The notes beneath the pieces are model-generated. The model had not been told where the DNA came from and ran no database searches. It saw only the letters and a program-made list of their open reading frames with translations. Below, piece after piece: positions 47,626 to 64,000 of a DNA stretch of 64,000 nucleotides. This DNA is from Escherichia phage EPIMRB01: sequence record PQ657784; one strand, written 5' to 3'. Position 1 is the first letter of the stretch. Each line of letters begins with the position of its first letter. The position numbers and the translations under genes were made by a program.

Positions 47626-50600
47626 CAGTAAAAGCACCTTCAGTCACTAGTCTCAGAATTTCCAAGTTATCCGCAAATCAGGTGCAAGTACGCTGGGATG
47701 ACGTTGGTGCTAATTTCTACTATTTTGTAGAAATCGCTGAGACAAAAACAAACTCGGGGGAAAATCTCCCGAGCAATCAATACCGATGGATTAACTTAGG
47801 ATATACTGCAAATAACAGCTTCTTTTTTGATAATGCTAATCCATTGACATCGTACATTATTAGAGTAGCTACAGCTGCGCAGGATTTTGAGCAGTCTGAT
47901 TGGATTTATACTGAAGAGTTTGAAACTTTTGCTACAAACGCTTATACATTTCAAAACATGATTGAAATGCAATTAGCTAATAAATTCATTCAGGAAAAAT
48001 TTACTCTTAATAATTCTGACTATGTCAATTTTAACAATGACACTATAATGGCTGCATTGATGAATGAATCGTTTCAATTCAGCCCATCATATGTTGATGT
48101 TTCATCAATAAGTAATTTTATTATTGGTGAAAATGAGTATCATGAAATACAAGGTTCTATTCAGCAAGTATGTAAGGATATTAACCGAGTTTATTTGATG
48201 GAATCAGAAGGGATTCTATATCTTTTTGAGCGTTATCAACCTGTAGTTAAAGTATCTAATGATAAAGGACAAACCTGGAAAGCTGTAAAGCTCTTCAATG
48301 ACCGTGTAGGATATCCTTTATCTAAGACTGTATATTACCAATCTGCAAACACAACATACGTTCTAGGATACGACAAGATTTTCTATGGCCGCAAATCTAC
48401 TGATGTTAGATGGTCAGCTGATGATGTCAGATTTAGTTCGCAGGATATAACATTTGCTAAACTTGGCGACCAATTACATCTAGGATTTGATGTAGAAATT
48501 TTTGCCACTTACGCGACTTTGCCAGCTAATGTATACCGCATTGCAGAAGCTATTACTTGCACCGATGATTACATTTACGTTGTCGCCAGAGACAAAGTTA
48601 GATACATAAAAACGAGTAATGCACCTATAGATTCTGACCCATTATCTCCAACATATTCGGAACGGCTATTTGAACCTGATACGATGACTATAACCGGAAA
48701 TCCTAAAGCAGTATGTTATAAAATGGATTCTATTGGTGATAAAGTTTTTGCTCTTATTATCGGAGAAGTTGAAACATTAAATGCTAATCCTAGAACATCA
48801 AAAATAATTGATTCTGCTGATAAAGGAATATATGTTTTAAATCATGGCACGAAAACATGGAAAAGAGTTTTTGGCAACACTGAAGAAGAAAGAAGACGTA
48901 TTCAACCTGGATATGCGAATATGTCAACTGATGGTAAATTAGTTTCTCTGTCTTCGAGTAATTTTAAATTTTTAAGCGATAACATTGTTAATGACCCTGA
49001 AACTGCAGCGAAATATCAGTTAATCGGTGCTGTTAAATATGAATTTCCTCGTGAATGGCTAGCTGATAAGCATTATCATATGATGGCATTTATAGCAGAT
49101 GAAAAATCTGATTGGGAAACTTTTACACCTCAGCCGATGAAATACTATGCAGAACCATTCTTTAACTGGTCTAAAAAATCTAACACACGCTGTTGGATAA
49201 ACAACTCTGACAGAGCTGTAGTAGTTTATGCTGATTTAAAATACACTAAAGTTATAGAAAATATTCCGGAAACATCGCCAGATAGATTAGTTCATGAATA
49301 CTGGGATGATGGTGATTGTACGATAGTAATGCCAAATGTTAAATTCACGGGATTTAAAAAATACGCGTCTGGGATGCTTTTTTATAAGTCTTCTGGTGAA
49401 ATAATTTCTTACTATGATTTTAACTATCGAGTGAGAGACACGGTTGAAATAATTTGGAAGCCAACTGGAATATTTTTAAAAGCATTTTTACAAAACCAAG
49501 AGCGTGAAACTCCTTGGTCCCCGGAAGAAGAGCATGGATTAGCTGATCCTGATTTAAGACCATTGATTGGCACAATGATGCCTGATTCTTATTTGCTACA
49601 GGATTCTAATTTTGAGGCATTCTGCGAAGCATATATTCAGTATCTTTCTGATGGATATGGAACTCAGTATAATAATTTACGAAATTTAATTCGTAACCAA
49701 TATCCGCGAGAAGAGCATGCGTGGGAATATTTGTGGTCAGAGATATATAAAAGAAACATTTATTTAAATGCTGACAAACGTGATGCTGTTGCAAGATTTT
49801 TTGAATCACGTAGCTATGATTTTTATTCTACTAAAGGAATTGAAGCATCATACAAATTTCTTTTTAAAGTTCTTTATAATGAAGAAGTTGAAATTGAAAT
49901 TGAATCTGGGGCTGGTACTGAATATGATATAATCGTTCAATCTGATTCTTTGACTGAAGATTTAGTAGGACAAACGATTTATACTGCTACAGGAAGATGT
50001 AATGTTACTTATATAGAAAGAAGCTATTCCAATGGCAAATTGCAATGGACCGTAACTATTCATAATCTTTTGGGAAGATTAATTGCCGGTCAAGAAGTTA
50101 AAGCAGAAAGACTCCCTAGTTTCGAAGGCGAAATTATTCGCGGGGTTAAAGGAAAGGATTTGCTTCAAAATAACATAGACTATATTAATAGAAGTAGATC
50201 ATATTATGTAATGAAAATTAAATCCAATTTACCTTCTTCCCGCTGGAAATCTGACGTTATTCGTTTTGTTCATCCAGTAGGATTTGGATTTATAGCAATT
50301 ACCCTTTTAACAATGTTTATTAATGTTGGTTTAACTCTTAAACACACAGAGACTATAATTAATAAATACAAAAACTATAAATGGGATTCTGGATTGCCTA
50401 CTGAATATGCTGATAGAGTAGCCAAATTGACTCCAACTGGTGAAATTGAGCATGATTCAGTAACAGGCGAAGCAATTTATGAACCTGGCCCAATGGCTGG
50501 TGTAGAATATCCTCTTCCTGATGACTATAATGCTGAAAATAATAATTCAATATTTCAAGGTCAATTGCCATCTGAACGACGTAAATTAATGAGTCCTCTA

Positions 50601-50720
50601 TTTGATGCATCTGGAACAACATTTGCGCAATTTAGGGATTTAGTTAATAAACGTCTAAAAGATAATATAGGAAATCCAAGAGACCCTGAAAATCCAACAC
50701 AGGTTAAAATAGATGAATGA
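47622..50720 (+). CDS. 7: Baseplate wedge protein gp7
   Basis: 1032 aa; size and order as in T4. Confidence 0.9.
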   Translation: MTVKAPSVTSLRISKLSANQVQVRWDDVGANFYYFVEIAETKTNSGENLPSNQYRWINLGYTANNSFFFDNANPLTSYIIRVATAAQDFEQSDWIYTEEFETFATNAYTFQNMIEMQLANKFIQEKFTLNNSDYVNFNNDTIMAALMNESFQFSPSYVDVSSISNFIIGENEYHEIQGSIQQVCKDINRVYLMESEGILYLFERYQPVVKVSNDKGQTWKAVKLFNDRVGYPLSKTVYYQSANTTYVLGYDKIFYGRKSTDVRWSADDVRFSSQDITFAKLGDQLHLGFDVEIFATYATLPANVYRIAEAITCTDDYIYVVARDKVRYIKTSNAPIDSDPLSPTYSERLFEPDTMTITGNPKAVCYKMDSIGDKVFALIIGEVETLNANPRTSKIIDSADKGIYVLNHGTKTWKRVFGNTEEERRRIQPGYANMSTDGKLVSLSSSNFKFLSDNIVNDPETAAKYQLIGAVKYEFPREWLADKHYHMMAFIADEKSDWETFTPQPMKYYAEPFFNWSKKSNTRCWINNSDRAVVVYADLKYTKVIENIPETSPDRLVHEYWDDGDCTIVMPNVKFTGFKKYASGMLFYKSSGEIISYYDFNYRVRDTVEIIWKPTGIFLKAFLQNQERETPWSPEEEHGLADPDLRPLIGTMMPDSYLLQDSNFEAFCEAYIQYLSDGYGTQYNNLRNLIRNQYPREEHAWEYLWSEIYKRNIYLNADKRDAVARFFESRSYDFYSTKGIEASYKFLFKVLYNEEVEIEIESGAGTEYDIIVQSDSLTEDLVGQTIYTATGRCNVTYIERSYSNGKLQWTVTIHNLLGRLIAGQEVKAERLPSFEGEIIRGVKGKDLLQNNIDYINRSRSYYVMKIKSNLPSSRWKSDVIRFVHPVGFGFIAITLLTMFINVGLTLKHTETIINKYKNYKWDSGLPTEYADRVAKLTPTGEIEHDSVTGEAIYEPGPMAGVEYPLPDDYNAENNNSIFQGQLPSERRKLMSPLFDASGTTFAQFRDLVNKRLKDNIGNPRDPENPTQVKIDE

Positions 50721-51717
50721 TTCAAGTGTTATCTATCGTGCGATAGTTACTTCAAAATTTAGAACAGAAAAAATGTTGAATTTTTATAATTCAATTGGAA
50801 GTGGTCCGGATAAAAACACTATCTTTATTACATTTGGAAGATCAGAACCGTGGTCATCAAACGAAAATGAGGTGGGATTTGCCCCACCTTATCCCACCGA
50901 TTCTGTGTTAGGTGTAACTGACATGTGGACTCATATGATGGGAACCGTGAAGGTTCTTCCATCTATGCTTGATGCAGTTATTCCTCGTCGAGATTGGGGA
51001 GATACTAGATATCCGGATCCATACACATTTAGAATTAACGATATTGTAGTGTGTAACTCAGCTCCTTACAACGCTACCGAATCAGGCGCAGGCTGGTTAG
51101 TATATCGTTGTTTAGATGTTCCTGATACCGGAATGTGCTCAATTGAGTCTTTAACTAATAAGGATGAATGCCTTAAGTTAGGTGGAAAATGGACTCCTTC
51201 TGTTAGGTCAATGACTCCTCCTGAAGGTCGAGGAGACGCGGAAGGAACAATCGAACCTGGAGACGGGTATGTATGGGAATATCTTTTTGAGATTCCGCCT
51301 GATGTATCTATAAACAGATGCACGAATGAATATATCGTGGTTCCTTGGCCTGAGGAATTAAAAGAAGATCCGACTAGATGGGGGTATGAAGATAACCTCA
51401 CTTGGCAGCAAGATGATTTTGGATTAATTTACCGGGTTAAGGCAAATACTATTCGTTTTAAAGCATACTTAGATTCAGTTTATTTTCCTGAAGCTGCATT
51501 GCCAGGAAATAAAGGATTTAGACAAATATCGATAATCACGAATCCTCTTGAAGCTAAAGTTCATCCAAATGACCCAAACGTTAAAGCTGAAAAGGATTAC
51601 TATGATCCGGAAGATTTAATGAGGCATTCGGGCGAAATGATTTATATGGAAAATAGGCCACCTATTATTATGGCAATGGATCAAACAGAAGAAATCAATA
51701 TTCTGTTTACATTTTAA
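50713..51717 (+). CDS. 8: Baseplate wedge protein gp8
   Basis: 334 aa; size and order as in T4. Confidence 0.9.
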   Translation: MNDSSVIYRAIVTSKFRTEKMLNFYNSIGSGPDKNTIFITFGRSEPWSSNENEVGFAPPYPTDSVLGVTDMWTHMMGTVKVLPSMLDAVIPRRDWGDTRYPDPYTFRINDIVVCNSAPYNATESGAGWLVYRCLDVPDTGMCSIESLTNKDECLKLGGKWTPSVRSMTPPEGRGDAEGTIEPGDGYVWEYLFEIPPDVSINRCTNEYIVVPWPEELKEDPTRWGYEDNLTWQQDDFGLIYRVKANTIRFKAYLDSVYFPEAALPGNKGFRQISIITNPLEAKVHPNDPNVKAEKDYYDPEDLMRHSGEMIYMENRPPIIMAMDQTEEINILFTF

Positions 51718-51722
51718 ATTAA

Positions 51723-51749
51723 GGGAGCCCATGGGCTCCCTTTTTCTTT
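51723..51749 (+). terminator. Hairpin plus T run after gene 8 (GGGAGCC-CAT-GGGCTCCC TTTTTCTTT)
   Basis: Perfect 7-8 bp GC stem followed by a T-rich run. Confidence 0.6.
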
Positions 51750-51756
51750 ATAAATA
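51749..51756 (+). promoter_or_regulatory. Late promoter TATAAATA upstream of gene 9
   Basis: tataaatactat 25 nt upstream of the gene 9 ATG. Confidence 0.6.
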
Positions 51757-51780
51757 CTATAAACTCATAAGGAAACCGCT

Positions 51781-52647
51781 ATGTTCATTCAAGAACCAAA
51801 GAAATTGATTGATACCGGCGAAATTGGTAACGCTTCTACTGGTGATATCTTATTCGACGGTGGTAATAAAATTAATAGTGATTTTAATGCAATTTATAAC
51901 GCGTTTGGCGATCAGCGTAAAATGGCAGTAGCAAATGGTACTGGTGCTGACGGCCAAATTATCCATGCTACTGGATATTATCAAAAGCATTCTATCACAG
52001 AGTACGCAACTCCGGTGAAAGTTGGTACTAGGCATGATATTGATACCTCTACTGTTGGTGTTAAAGTTATCATTGAAAGAGGAGAACTCGGTGACTGTGT
52101 TGAATTCATTAATTCTAACGGATCGATATCAGTTACTAATCCTTTAACAATTCAAGCCATTGATTCAATTAAAGGTGTTTCGGGTAATTTGGTAGTAACT
52201 AGCCCATATAGTAAAGTTACTTTACGTTGTATTTCATCTGATAATTCTACGTCAGTTTGGAATTATTCTATTGAAAGTATGTTTGGCCAAAAGGAATCAC
52301 CGGCCGAAGGTACATGGAATATTTCTACATCTGGATCAGTTGACATTCCATTATTTCATCGTACTGAATACAATATGGCTAAATTGCTAGTTACTTGTCA
52401 ATCGGTAGATGGAAGAAAAATTAAAACGGCAGAAATAAATATTCTTGTAGATACTGTTAATTCAACGGTCATTTCTTCTGAATATGCTGTCATGCGGGTT
52501 GGGAATGAAACCGAAGAAGACGAAATCGCTAATATTGCATTTAGTATTAAAGAAAATTATGTAACGGCGACTATAAGTTCTTCAACTGTCGGTATGAGAG
52601 CAGCAGTTAAAGTTATCGCTACGCAGAAAATCGGGGTGGCTCAATAA
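51781..52647 (+). CDS. 9: Baseplate protein gp9 (long-tail-fibre socket)
   Basis: 288 aa; size and order as in T4. Confidence 0.88.
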   Translation: MFIQEPKKLIDTGEIGNASTGDILFDGGNKINSDFNAIYNAFGDQRKMAVANGTGADGQIIHATGYYQKHSITEYATPVKVGTRHDIDTSTVGVKVIIERGELGDCVEFINSNGSISVTNPLTIQAIDSIKGVSGNLVVTSPYSKVTLRCISSDNSTSVWNYSIESMFGQKESPAEGTWNISTSGSVDIPLFHRTEYNMAKLLVTCQSVDGRKIKTAEINILVDTVNSTVISSEYAVMRVGNETEEDEIANIAFSIKENYVTATISSSTVGMRAAVKVIATQKIGVAQ

Positions 52648-54452
52648 TGAAACAAAATATTAATATCGGTAATGTTGTTGATGATGGTACCGGTGACTAC
52701 CTGCGTAAAGGTGGTATAAAAATAAATGAAAACTTTGATGAACTTTATTATGAACTTGGTGATGGAGATGTTCCATATTCAGCCGGTGCCTGGAAAACTT
52801 ATGATGCTTCATCTGGACAAACACTAACGGCAGAATGGGGAAAATCATATGCCATTAATACTTCGTCTGGAAGAGTAACTCTACAACTTCCTAAAGGAAC
52901 TGTTAATGATTACAACAAGGTAATTAGAGCTAGAGACGTATTCGCTACATGGAACATCAATCCAGTTACTTTAGTAGCTGCTTCCGGAGATACAATTAAA
53001 GGGTCGTCATCGTCAGTTGAAATTAATATTCAATTTAGTGATTTAGAGCTAGTTTATTGCGCTCCAGGACGTTGGGAATATGTCAAAAACAAACAAATTG
53101 ACAAAATTGTTAGTTCAGATATTAGTAATGTAGCTCGCAAAGAATTTTTAGTTGAAGTTCAAGGACAAACTGACTTTTTAGATGTTTTCAATGGAACTAG
53201 TTATAATGTCAATAACATCAGAGTAAAACATCGTGGTAACGAATTGTATTACGGCGATGTATTTAGCGAAAACAGTGACTTTGGCTCTCCGGGCGAAAAT
53301 GAAGGCGAATTAGTTCCTCTTGATGGATTTAATATTCGATTAAGACAGCCTTGTAATATTGGTGACACCGTTCAAATTGAAACATTTATGGATGGTGTAT
53401 CACAATGGAGAAGTTCATATACAAGACGCCAAATAAAAGTACTAGATTCAAAACTAACATCAAAGACTTCTTTAGAAGGAAGCATTTATGTTACTGATTT
53501 ATCGGCGATGAAATCAATTCCATTCTCTGCATTTGGATTAATTCCTGGTGAACCCATTAATCCTAATTCTCTTGAGGTTCGTTTTAATGGAATTTTACAG
53601 CAACAAGCTGGAACAGCTGGATATCCTCTGTTTTTGTGTGAAGGCGCTAATTCAGATACGCAAGAAGGTTGTATATCTCTTGGCGGCGAATGGAAAGAAT
53701 CAAACACCGATTATTCTATAGAATATGAAGACGGAAAACCTATCAGTCTTTTATTTGATAGAAAATTTGAATCAGGCGATATAATCGTTATAACGTGGTT
53801 CAATAATGATTTAGGAACTCTTTTAGAAAAAGATGACATTATTGAATTAACGGATGACCGTTATGTTAGCAAAGGATCATCTACCGAAGTTACTGGTGAT
53901 GTAGCCTTAACAGATTTTGATAAAATCGGTTGGCCAAATGTTGAAAAAGTTGATTCTTATACTAGAACGTATAATTCAATATCATCTATTTTCGATAGCA
54001 TTTATCCTGTAGGTTCAATTTATGAAAATGCTATAAATCCAAATAATCCGGTGACTTATATGGGATTTGGTTCATGGAAATTATTTGGTAAAGGACAGGT
54101 TTTAGTAGGATGGAATGATGATGTTACGGATCCAAACTTTGCTTTAAACAATAATGATTTAGATTCTAGCGGAAATCCTTCACATACTGCCGGTGGAACA
54201 GTTGGAACAACAACAGTGACACTTGAGAATGCAAATCTTCCTGCAACTAAAACCGACGAAAGAGTTTTAATTGAAGACGAAAACGGATCAGTTATTATTG
54301 GAGGTTGCCAATATGACCCAGATGAAACTGGTCCTATATATACAAAATATCGTGAAGACTACGCAACAACAAACTCTTCACATACTCCTCCTGCTAATAT
54401 TAGTAATATTCAACCGTCTATTACTGTATACCGTTGGATAAGGATTGCATAA
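52647..54452 (+). CDS. 10: Baseplate wedge protein gp10
   Basis: 601 aa; TAATG junctions with genes 9 and 11. Confidence 0.88.
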   Translation: MKQNINIGNVVDDGTGDYLRKGGIKINENFDELYYELGDGDVPYSAGAWKTYDASSGQTLTAEWGKSYAINTSSGRVTLQLPKGTVNDYNKVIRARDVFATWNINPVTLVAASGDTIKGSSSSVEINIQFSDLELVYCAPGRWEYVKNKQIDKIVSSDISNVARKEFLVEVQGQTDFLDVFNGTSYNVNNIRVKHRGNELYYGDVFSENSDFGSPGENEGELVPLDGFNIRLRQPCNIGDTVQIETFMDGVSQWRSSYTRRQIKVLDSKLTSKTSLEGSIYVTDLSAMKSIPFSAFGLIPGEPINPNSLEVRFNGILQQQAGTAGYPLFLCEGANSDTQEGCISLGGEWKESNTDYSIEYEDGKPISLLFDRKFESGDIIVITWFNNDLGTLLEKDDIIELTDDRYVSKGSSTEVTGDVALTDFDKIGWPNVEKVDSYTRTYNSISSIFDSIYPVGSIYENAINPNNPVTYMGFGSWKLFGKGQVLVGWNDDVTDPNFALNNNDLDSSGNPSHTAGGTVGTTTVTLENANLPATKTDERVLIEDENGSVIIGGCQYDPDETGPIYTKYREDYATTNSSHTPPANISNIQPSITVYRWIRIA

Positions 54453-55111
54453 TGAGTTTACTTAATAATAAAGCGGGAGTTATTTCCCGCTTAGCAGATT
54501 TTCTTGGTTTTAGAACTAAGAAAAATGATATTTCGGTTATGAATAATCAGCCAGTAGGTGCTGTAACAATTTCACAAATAGCAAAAGGTTTTTATGACCC
54601 AAATGTAGAATCTGCTATCAATGATGTTAGAAATATGGCAGAGCAACAAGTTGGAGCTGTATTAGTTAATATAAGCGGCGTATCTCCTACTGGTGTGCAG
54701 CAAACAGACTATTGGTCATTTGAAGGAACTGTTACTGATACTTCAGCCAAACCAGGTGACCCAGTTATTGTTAACATGTTTGGTATTCCAGTTAAAGCTA
54801 CTAACGGAATGACTTCAATCGAATTTACCAGTGCCGTTAGAACAGCTCTACAGGAAATGGTTGCAAAATTTATTGCAATTGATTCATTTGAAGACCATCC
54901 TACAATAGGAAATAAAATACAAGTTAAGTATTTAGATAACCAGGAACATATCTTAGAACAATACTCTGATAAAGGAATTACTTTCAAACAGGAAATAATT
55001 TCTCCTTCTAAACCTGGATACGGAACTTGGCAATTATTAGGTGCGCAAACTGTTACGCTAGATAGTCACACACAACCCACGGTATTTTATTATTTTGAGA
55101 GAATAGCATGA
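54452..55111 (+). CDS. 11: Baseplate wedge protein gp11 (short-tail-fibre attachment)
   Basis: 219 aa from [20 protein letters not shown]; track ORF begins at an upstream TTG. Confidence 0.88.
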   Translation: MSLLNNKAGVISRLADFLGFRTKKNDISVMNNQPVGAVTISQIAKGFYDPNVESAINDVRNMAEQQVGAVLVNISGVSPTGVQQTDYWSFEGTVTDTSAKPGDPVIVNMFGIPVKATNGMTSIEFTSAVRTALQEMVAKFIAIDSFEDHPTIGNKIQVKYLDNQEHILEQYSDKGITFKQEIISPSKPGYGTWQLLGAQTVTLDSHTQPTVFYYFERIA

Positions 55112-56658
55112 GTAACAATACATATCAGCACGTATCAAATGAATCAAAATATGTTAAATTCGATCCTGCAGGATCGAATTTTCCTGACACTGTCACGACA
55201 GTGCAGTCTGCATTATCAAAAATAAGTAATATCGGCGTAAATGGTATTCCTGATGCAACTATGGAAGTTAAAGGAATAGCAATGATTGCGTCAGAGCAAG
55301 AGGTTTTAGATGGAACTAATAATTCTAAAATCGTTACACCAGCTACATTAGCAACAAGATTATTGTATCCAAATGCTACTGAAACTAAGTATGGTTTAAC
55401 GCGCTATTCAACAAATGAAGAAACATTAGAAGGCTCAGATAATAATTCATCAATAACGCCGCAAAAACTGAAATACCATACTGACGATGTGTTCCAAAAT
55501 AGATATTCGTCTGAGTCATCAAACGGGGTTATTAAAATATCATCTACACCTGCAGCTTTAGCTGGAGTTGATGATACTACGGCAATGACTCCATTAAAAA
55601 CACAAAAACTTGCAATAAAATTAATTTCACAAATAGCTCCTTCCGAAGATACTGCATCAGAATCTGTGAGAGGTGTAGTTCAATTATCTACTGTTGCGCA
55701 AACTCGTCAAGGAACTCTCCGCGAAGGATATGCAATTTCTCCGTATACCTTTATGAATTCTGTTGCAACACAAGAATATAAGGGTGTTATACGTTTAGGA
55801 ACACAATCGGAAATTAACAGTAATTTGGGAGATGTTGCAGTAACGGGTGAAACACTAAATGGTCGAGGAGCTACTGGTTCTATGCGTGGAGTAGTTAAAT
55901 TAACGACGCAAGCCGGTATTGCCCCTGAAGGTGATAGCTCTGGTGCATTAGCATGGAACGCAGATGTAATTAATACTCGTGGTGGACAAACTATTAATGG
56001 TTCTTTAAATTTAGACCATCTTACAGCAAACGGAATTTGGTCGCGCGGCGGAATGTGGAAAAATGGCGATCAACCTGTTGCCACTGAAAGATATGCGTCC
56101 GAAAGGGTTCCAGTTGGAACTATTATGATGTTTGCGGGTGATTCAGCGCCTCCAGGTTGGATTATGTGCCATGGTGGAACCGTGTCAGGAGATCAATATC
56201 CTGATTATAGAAACACAGTTGGAACGAGATTTGGTGGTGATTGGAATAACCCTGGCATTCCTGATATGCGAGGTCTTTTTGTTAGAGGAGCTGGCACGGG
56301 CGGTCATATTTTAAATCAACGAGGACAAGATGGCTATGGGAAGGATAGACTTGGCGTAGGATGTGACGGAATGCATGTTGGTGGTGTTCAGGCACAACAA
56401 ATGTCATACCATAAACACGCTGGTGGTTGGGGAGAATACCAAAGACATGAAGCTCCATTTGGCGCGTCCGTTTATCAAGGATATCTTGGAACTAGAAAAT
56501 ATGCCGACTGGGATAATGCTTCATACTTCACTAATGATGGATTTGAATTGGGTGGACCGAGAGATGCCCTTGGTACACTTAATCGTGAAGGATTAATTGG
56601 TTATGAAACTAGACCATGGAATATATCATTAAACTATATTATTAAAATTCATTACTAA
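55108..56658 (+). CDS. 12: Short tail fibre protein gp12
   Basis: 516 aa; N-terminus [13 protein letters not shown] and C-terminal receptor-binding region with HxH metal-site motif (SYHKHAGG). Confidence 0.88.
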   Translation: MSNNTYQHVSNESKYVKFDPAGSNFPDTVTTVQSALSKISNIGVNGIPDATMEVKGIAMIASEQEVLDGTNNSKIVTPATLATRLLYPNATETKYGLTRYSTNEETLEGSDNNSSITPQKLKYHTDDVFQNRYSSESSNGVIKISSTPAALAGVDDTTAMTPLKTQKLAIKLISQIAPSEDTASESVRGVVQLSTVAQTRQGTLREGYAISPYTFMNSVATQEYKGVIRLGTQSEINSNLGDVAVTGETLNGRGATGSMRGVVKLTTQAGIAPEGDSSGALAWNADVINTRGGQTINGSLNLDHLTANGIWSRGGMWKNGDQPVATERYASERVPVGTIMMFAGDSAPPGWIMCHGGTVSGDQYPDYRNTVGTRFGGDWNNPGIPDMRGLFVRGAGTGGHILNQRGQDGYGKDRLGVGCDGMHVGGVQAQQMSYHKHAGGWGEYQRHEAPFGASVYQGYLGTRKYADWDNASYFTNDGFELGGPRDALGTLNREGLIGYETRPWNISLNYIIKIHY

Positions 56659-56667
56659 GGATTACAA

Positions 56668-58125
56668 ATGATTGAATTAAAAGAGTTACCTTTTGTTGAT
56701 AGCGTTCCTGGCGAAGGTCAGGAACGTATTTCATGGATTAAAAATGGTGAAGAAATATTAGGAGCTAGTACTAAGTATGGAAACGATGGGTCAATGAATA
56801 GACCAACTGTTTCTGTGTTTAAAAATGTCGAGGTTCTCGACGAAAATGTAGGAATTCTTAAAACTGCCATTGAAACATCTCAGGAAGATATTAAAACCAT
56901 TCAAGGCATTTTAGATGTATCAGGAGATATAGAAGCGCTATCACAGATTAGTGTTAATAAAAATGATATATCAAATTTAAAGACACTCACGAATGAACAT
57001 ACTGATATATTAAATGGTACAAATACTACGGTTGATAATATTCTTTCTGACATTGGTCCATTTAATTCGCAAGCAAATTCAGTTTATAGAACGATTAGAA
57101 ATGATTTGTTATGGATTAAAAGGGAATTAGGACAATATGCTGGGCAAGACATTAATGGTCTTCCTGTTGTAGGAAATAGCAGCACGGGTATGAAGCACCG
57201 TATCATTAATAATACAGATGCTATAACTTCCCAAGGAATACGTCTAAGCGATTTGGAAGAAAAATTTATTGAATCTGATGTAGGTTCACTGACAATTGAA
57301 GTCGGAAATCTTAGACAAGAACTTGGACAAAGACCATCTTCATTCAGTGAAAGCATATATTCACGTGTGCATAATTTAGATCAATCTCAGATTAATCTTA
57401 GTTCCGAAATTAAATCTATCAAAACTTCTATTGGATATCCAGGAAATACTTCAATAATCACAGATGTTAACACTAATACACGAGAAGTTTCAGCTTTAAA
57501 TGATGAACTAAATAAAAGCGGAGGTATTAAACAACGATTGACTGTCATTGAAACGTCAATTGGCTCAGATGATATTCCTTCTAGTATTAAAGGTAGAATT
57601 AAAGATAATACAACATCTATTGAGTTTTTAAATGGAATTGTTGGTGAAAACACTTCATCTGGACTACGAGCAAACGTTTCATGGTTAAACCAAATCGTTG
57701 GAACTGATTCTAGTGGAGGTCAGCCTTCTCCTCCTGGGTCTCTTTTAAATAGAGTTTCAACAGTTGAAACTTCAGTTAATAGACTGAACAATGATGTTCA
57801 AAACTTACAAGTTGAAATTGGTAATAACACTACTGGAATTAAAGGCCAAGTTGTTGCATTAAATAAACTAGTAAGCGGCACAAATCCAAATGGTTCAACA
57901 GTAGAAGAGCGCGGATTAACTAATTCAATAAAAGCTAATGAAACTAACATTTCTTCTATTAATCAAGAAATGCGTAGTATTAAAAGTAATGTATCTTCAT
58001 TACAGGGGGATGTTCAGACTTTACAGGAAGCAGGTTATATTCCTGAAGCTCCAAAAGATGGCCAAGCTTACGTTCGTAAAGACGGCGAATGGGTACTACT
58101 TTCTACCTTTTTATCACCAGCATAA
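56668..58125 (+). CDS. wac: Fibritin (whisker antigen control, wac)
   Basis: 485 aa coiled coil ending in the foldon [27 protein letters not shown]. Confidence 0.92.
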   Translation: MIELKELPFVDSVPGEGQERISWIKNGEEILGASTKYGNDGSMNRPTVSVFKNVEVLDENVGILKTAIETSQEDIKTIQGILDVSGDIEALSQISVNKNDISNLKTLTNEHTDILNGTNTTVDNILSDIGPFNSQANSVYRTIRNDLLWIKRELGQYAGQDINGLPVVGNSSTGMKHRIINNTDAITSQGIRLSDLEEKFIESDVGSLTIEVGNLRQELGQRPSSFSESIYSRVHNLDQSQINLSSEIKSIKTSIGYPGNTSIITDVNTNTREVSALNDELNKSGGIKQRLTVIETSIGSDDIPSSIKGRIKDNTTSIEFLNGIVGENTSSGLRANVSWLNQIVGTDSSGGQPSPPGSLLNRVSTVETSVNRLNNDVQNLQVEIGNNTTGIKGQVVALNKLVSGTNPNGSTVEERGLTNSIKANETNISSINQEMRSIKSNVSSLQGDVQTLQEAGYIPEAPKDGQAYVRKDGEWVLLSTFLSPA

Positions 58126-58128
58126 CAT

Positions 58129-58144
58129 GGGGCCGCAAGGCCCC
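58129..58144 (+). terminator. GNRA-type hairpin after wac (GGGGCC-GCAA-GGCCCC)
   Basis: Perfect 6-bp GC stem with GCAA loop; no strong T run. Confidence 0.4.
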
Positions 58145-58157
58145 AAAGGATTTTTAA

Positions 58158-59859
<1,702 letters not shown>

Positions 59860-59900
59860 TAAATATTATAAACTAATTAAAGCCCAGATTAGGAGAAATC

Positions 59901-63041
<3,141 letters not shown>

Positions 63042-63069
63042 TATTAAAGCATATTAAAGAGGATTAAAA

Positions 63070-64000
63070 ATGACTTTATTATCTCCGGGCATTGAGCTCA
63101 AAGAAACTACGGTTCAAAGCACCGTGGTTAATAACTCTACTGGTACAGCAGCTTTGGCCGGTAAATTCCAGTGGGGTCCTGCTTTTCAGATTAAACAGGT
63201 TACAAATGAAGTAGATTTAGTTAATACTTTTGGTCAACCTACAGCTGAAACTGCTGATTATTTTATGTCTGCAATGAATTTCTTACAATATGGAAATGAT
63301 TTGCGAGTTGTGCGCGCTGTCGATAGAGATACCGCTAAAAACTCATCTCCGATTGCTGGTAATATTGAATACACTATTTCTACCCCAGGTAGTAACTACG
63401 CGGTTGGAGATAAAATCACAGTTAAGTATGTTTCAGAAGACATTGAAACGGAAGGTAAAATTACCGAAGTAGATGCTGATGGAAAAATTAAGAAAATTAA
63501 TATTCCTACTGCAAAAATTATCGCTAAAGCGAAAGAAGTCGGTGAATATCCAGCATTAGGTTCTAACTGGACCGCGGAAATTTCTTCGTCTTCATCTGGT
63601 TTAGCTGCAGTAATAACTCTTGGAAAAATTATTACTGATTCCGGTATTTTATTAGCTGAGATTGAAAATGCTGAAGCTGCTATGACAGCAGTTGAATTTC
63701 AAACAAATCTCGAAAAATATGGAATTCCAGGAGTAGTAGCTCTTTATCCAGGCGAGTTGGGCGATAAAATCGAAATTGAAATCGTATCTAAAGCTGACTA
63801 CGCAAAAGGTGCTTCTGCATTACTCCCAATTTATCCAGGTGGCGGAACACGTGCATCTACTGCCAAAGCAGTGTTTGGATATGGACCACAAACTGATTCA
63901 CAATACGCTATTATAGTTCGTCGCAATGATGCTATTGTTCAAAGTGTTGTTCTTTCAACAAAGCGTGGTGAAAAAGATATTTACGATAGCAACATCTATA
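63070..64000 (+). CDS. 18: Tail sheath protein gp18, N-terminal portion (continues beyond window end)
   Basis: ATG at 63070 after GAGGA RBS; open frame to window end (MTLLSPGIELKETTVQSTVVNNSTGTAALAGKFQWGPAF...). Confidence 0.88.
   Translation, partial: MTLLSPGIELKETTVQSTVVNNSTGTAALAGKFQWGPAFQIKQVTNEVDLVNTFGQPTAETADYFMSAMNFLQYGNDLRVVRAVDRDTAKNSSPIAGNIEYTISTPGSNYAVGDKITVKYVSEDIETEGKITEVDADGKIKKINIPTAKIIAKAKEVGEYPALGSNWTAEISSSSSGLAAVITLGKIITDSGILLAEIENAEAAMTAVEFQTNLEKYGIPGVVALYPGELGDKIEIEIVSKADYAKGASALLPIYPGGGTRASTAKAVFGYGPQTDSQYAIIVRRNDAIVQSVVLSTKRGEKDIYDSNIY

Noticed and set aside
63290-63472. ORF 63290..63472 (+)
   Set aside because: Lies within gene 18 in a different frame.

Overview
This window is a contiguous segment of a T4-like (T-even) myovirus genome, running from inside gene 46 to the start of gene 18. 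Identification rests on near-identity of the 30614..31108 product to T4 lysozyme (two substitutions relative to the T4 sequence as I recall it) and on T4 gene order throughout. Positions 1-42463 are almost entirely minus-strand early/middle genes: 46, 47, a-gt, 55, nrdH/G/D, 49, nrdC, a variable block, rI, tk, regB, internal proteins, e, nudE, a 10-tRNA cluster, 57B, 57A, 1, 3, 2, 4. Positions 42511-64000 are plus-strand late baseplate/tail/packaging genes 53 through 18. Many minus-strand genes are preceded by T4-type early promoters (GTTTAC -35, TAnnAT -10), and late genes by TATAAATA. Apparent differences from T4, judged from memory only: nrdD is uninterrupted, no denV, mobD or segB homologue is recognisable, and tRNA-Tyr and tRNA-Asn are additional. 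The best candidate for an undescribed system is the nrdC-to-rI variable block (about 13.2-22.7 kb): four tandem diverged paralogues with C-terminal coiled coils, a P-loop ATPase, a Pol-beta-type nucleotidyltransferase-like protein, membrane proteins and a second paralogue pair. Other points of interest are a macro-domain protein, a small terminase-like P-loop protein where T4 has denV, a GrcA-like glycyl-radical protein, a tandem membrane-protein family, and three internal-protein genes with capsid-targeting leaders. No BLAST, HMM or tRNA-scan was run: functions come from motifs and synteny, several start codons were adjusted by eye, and some short ORFs are probably missed.
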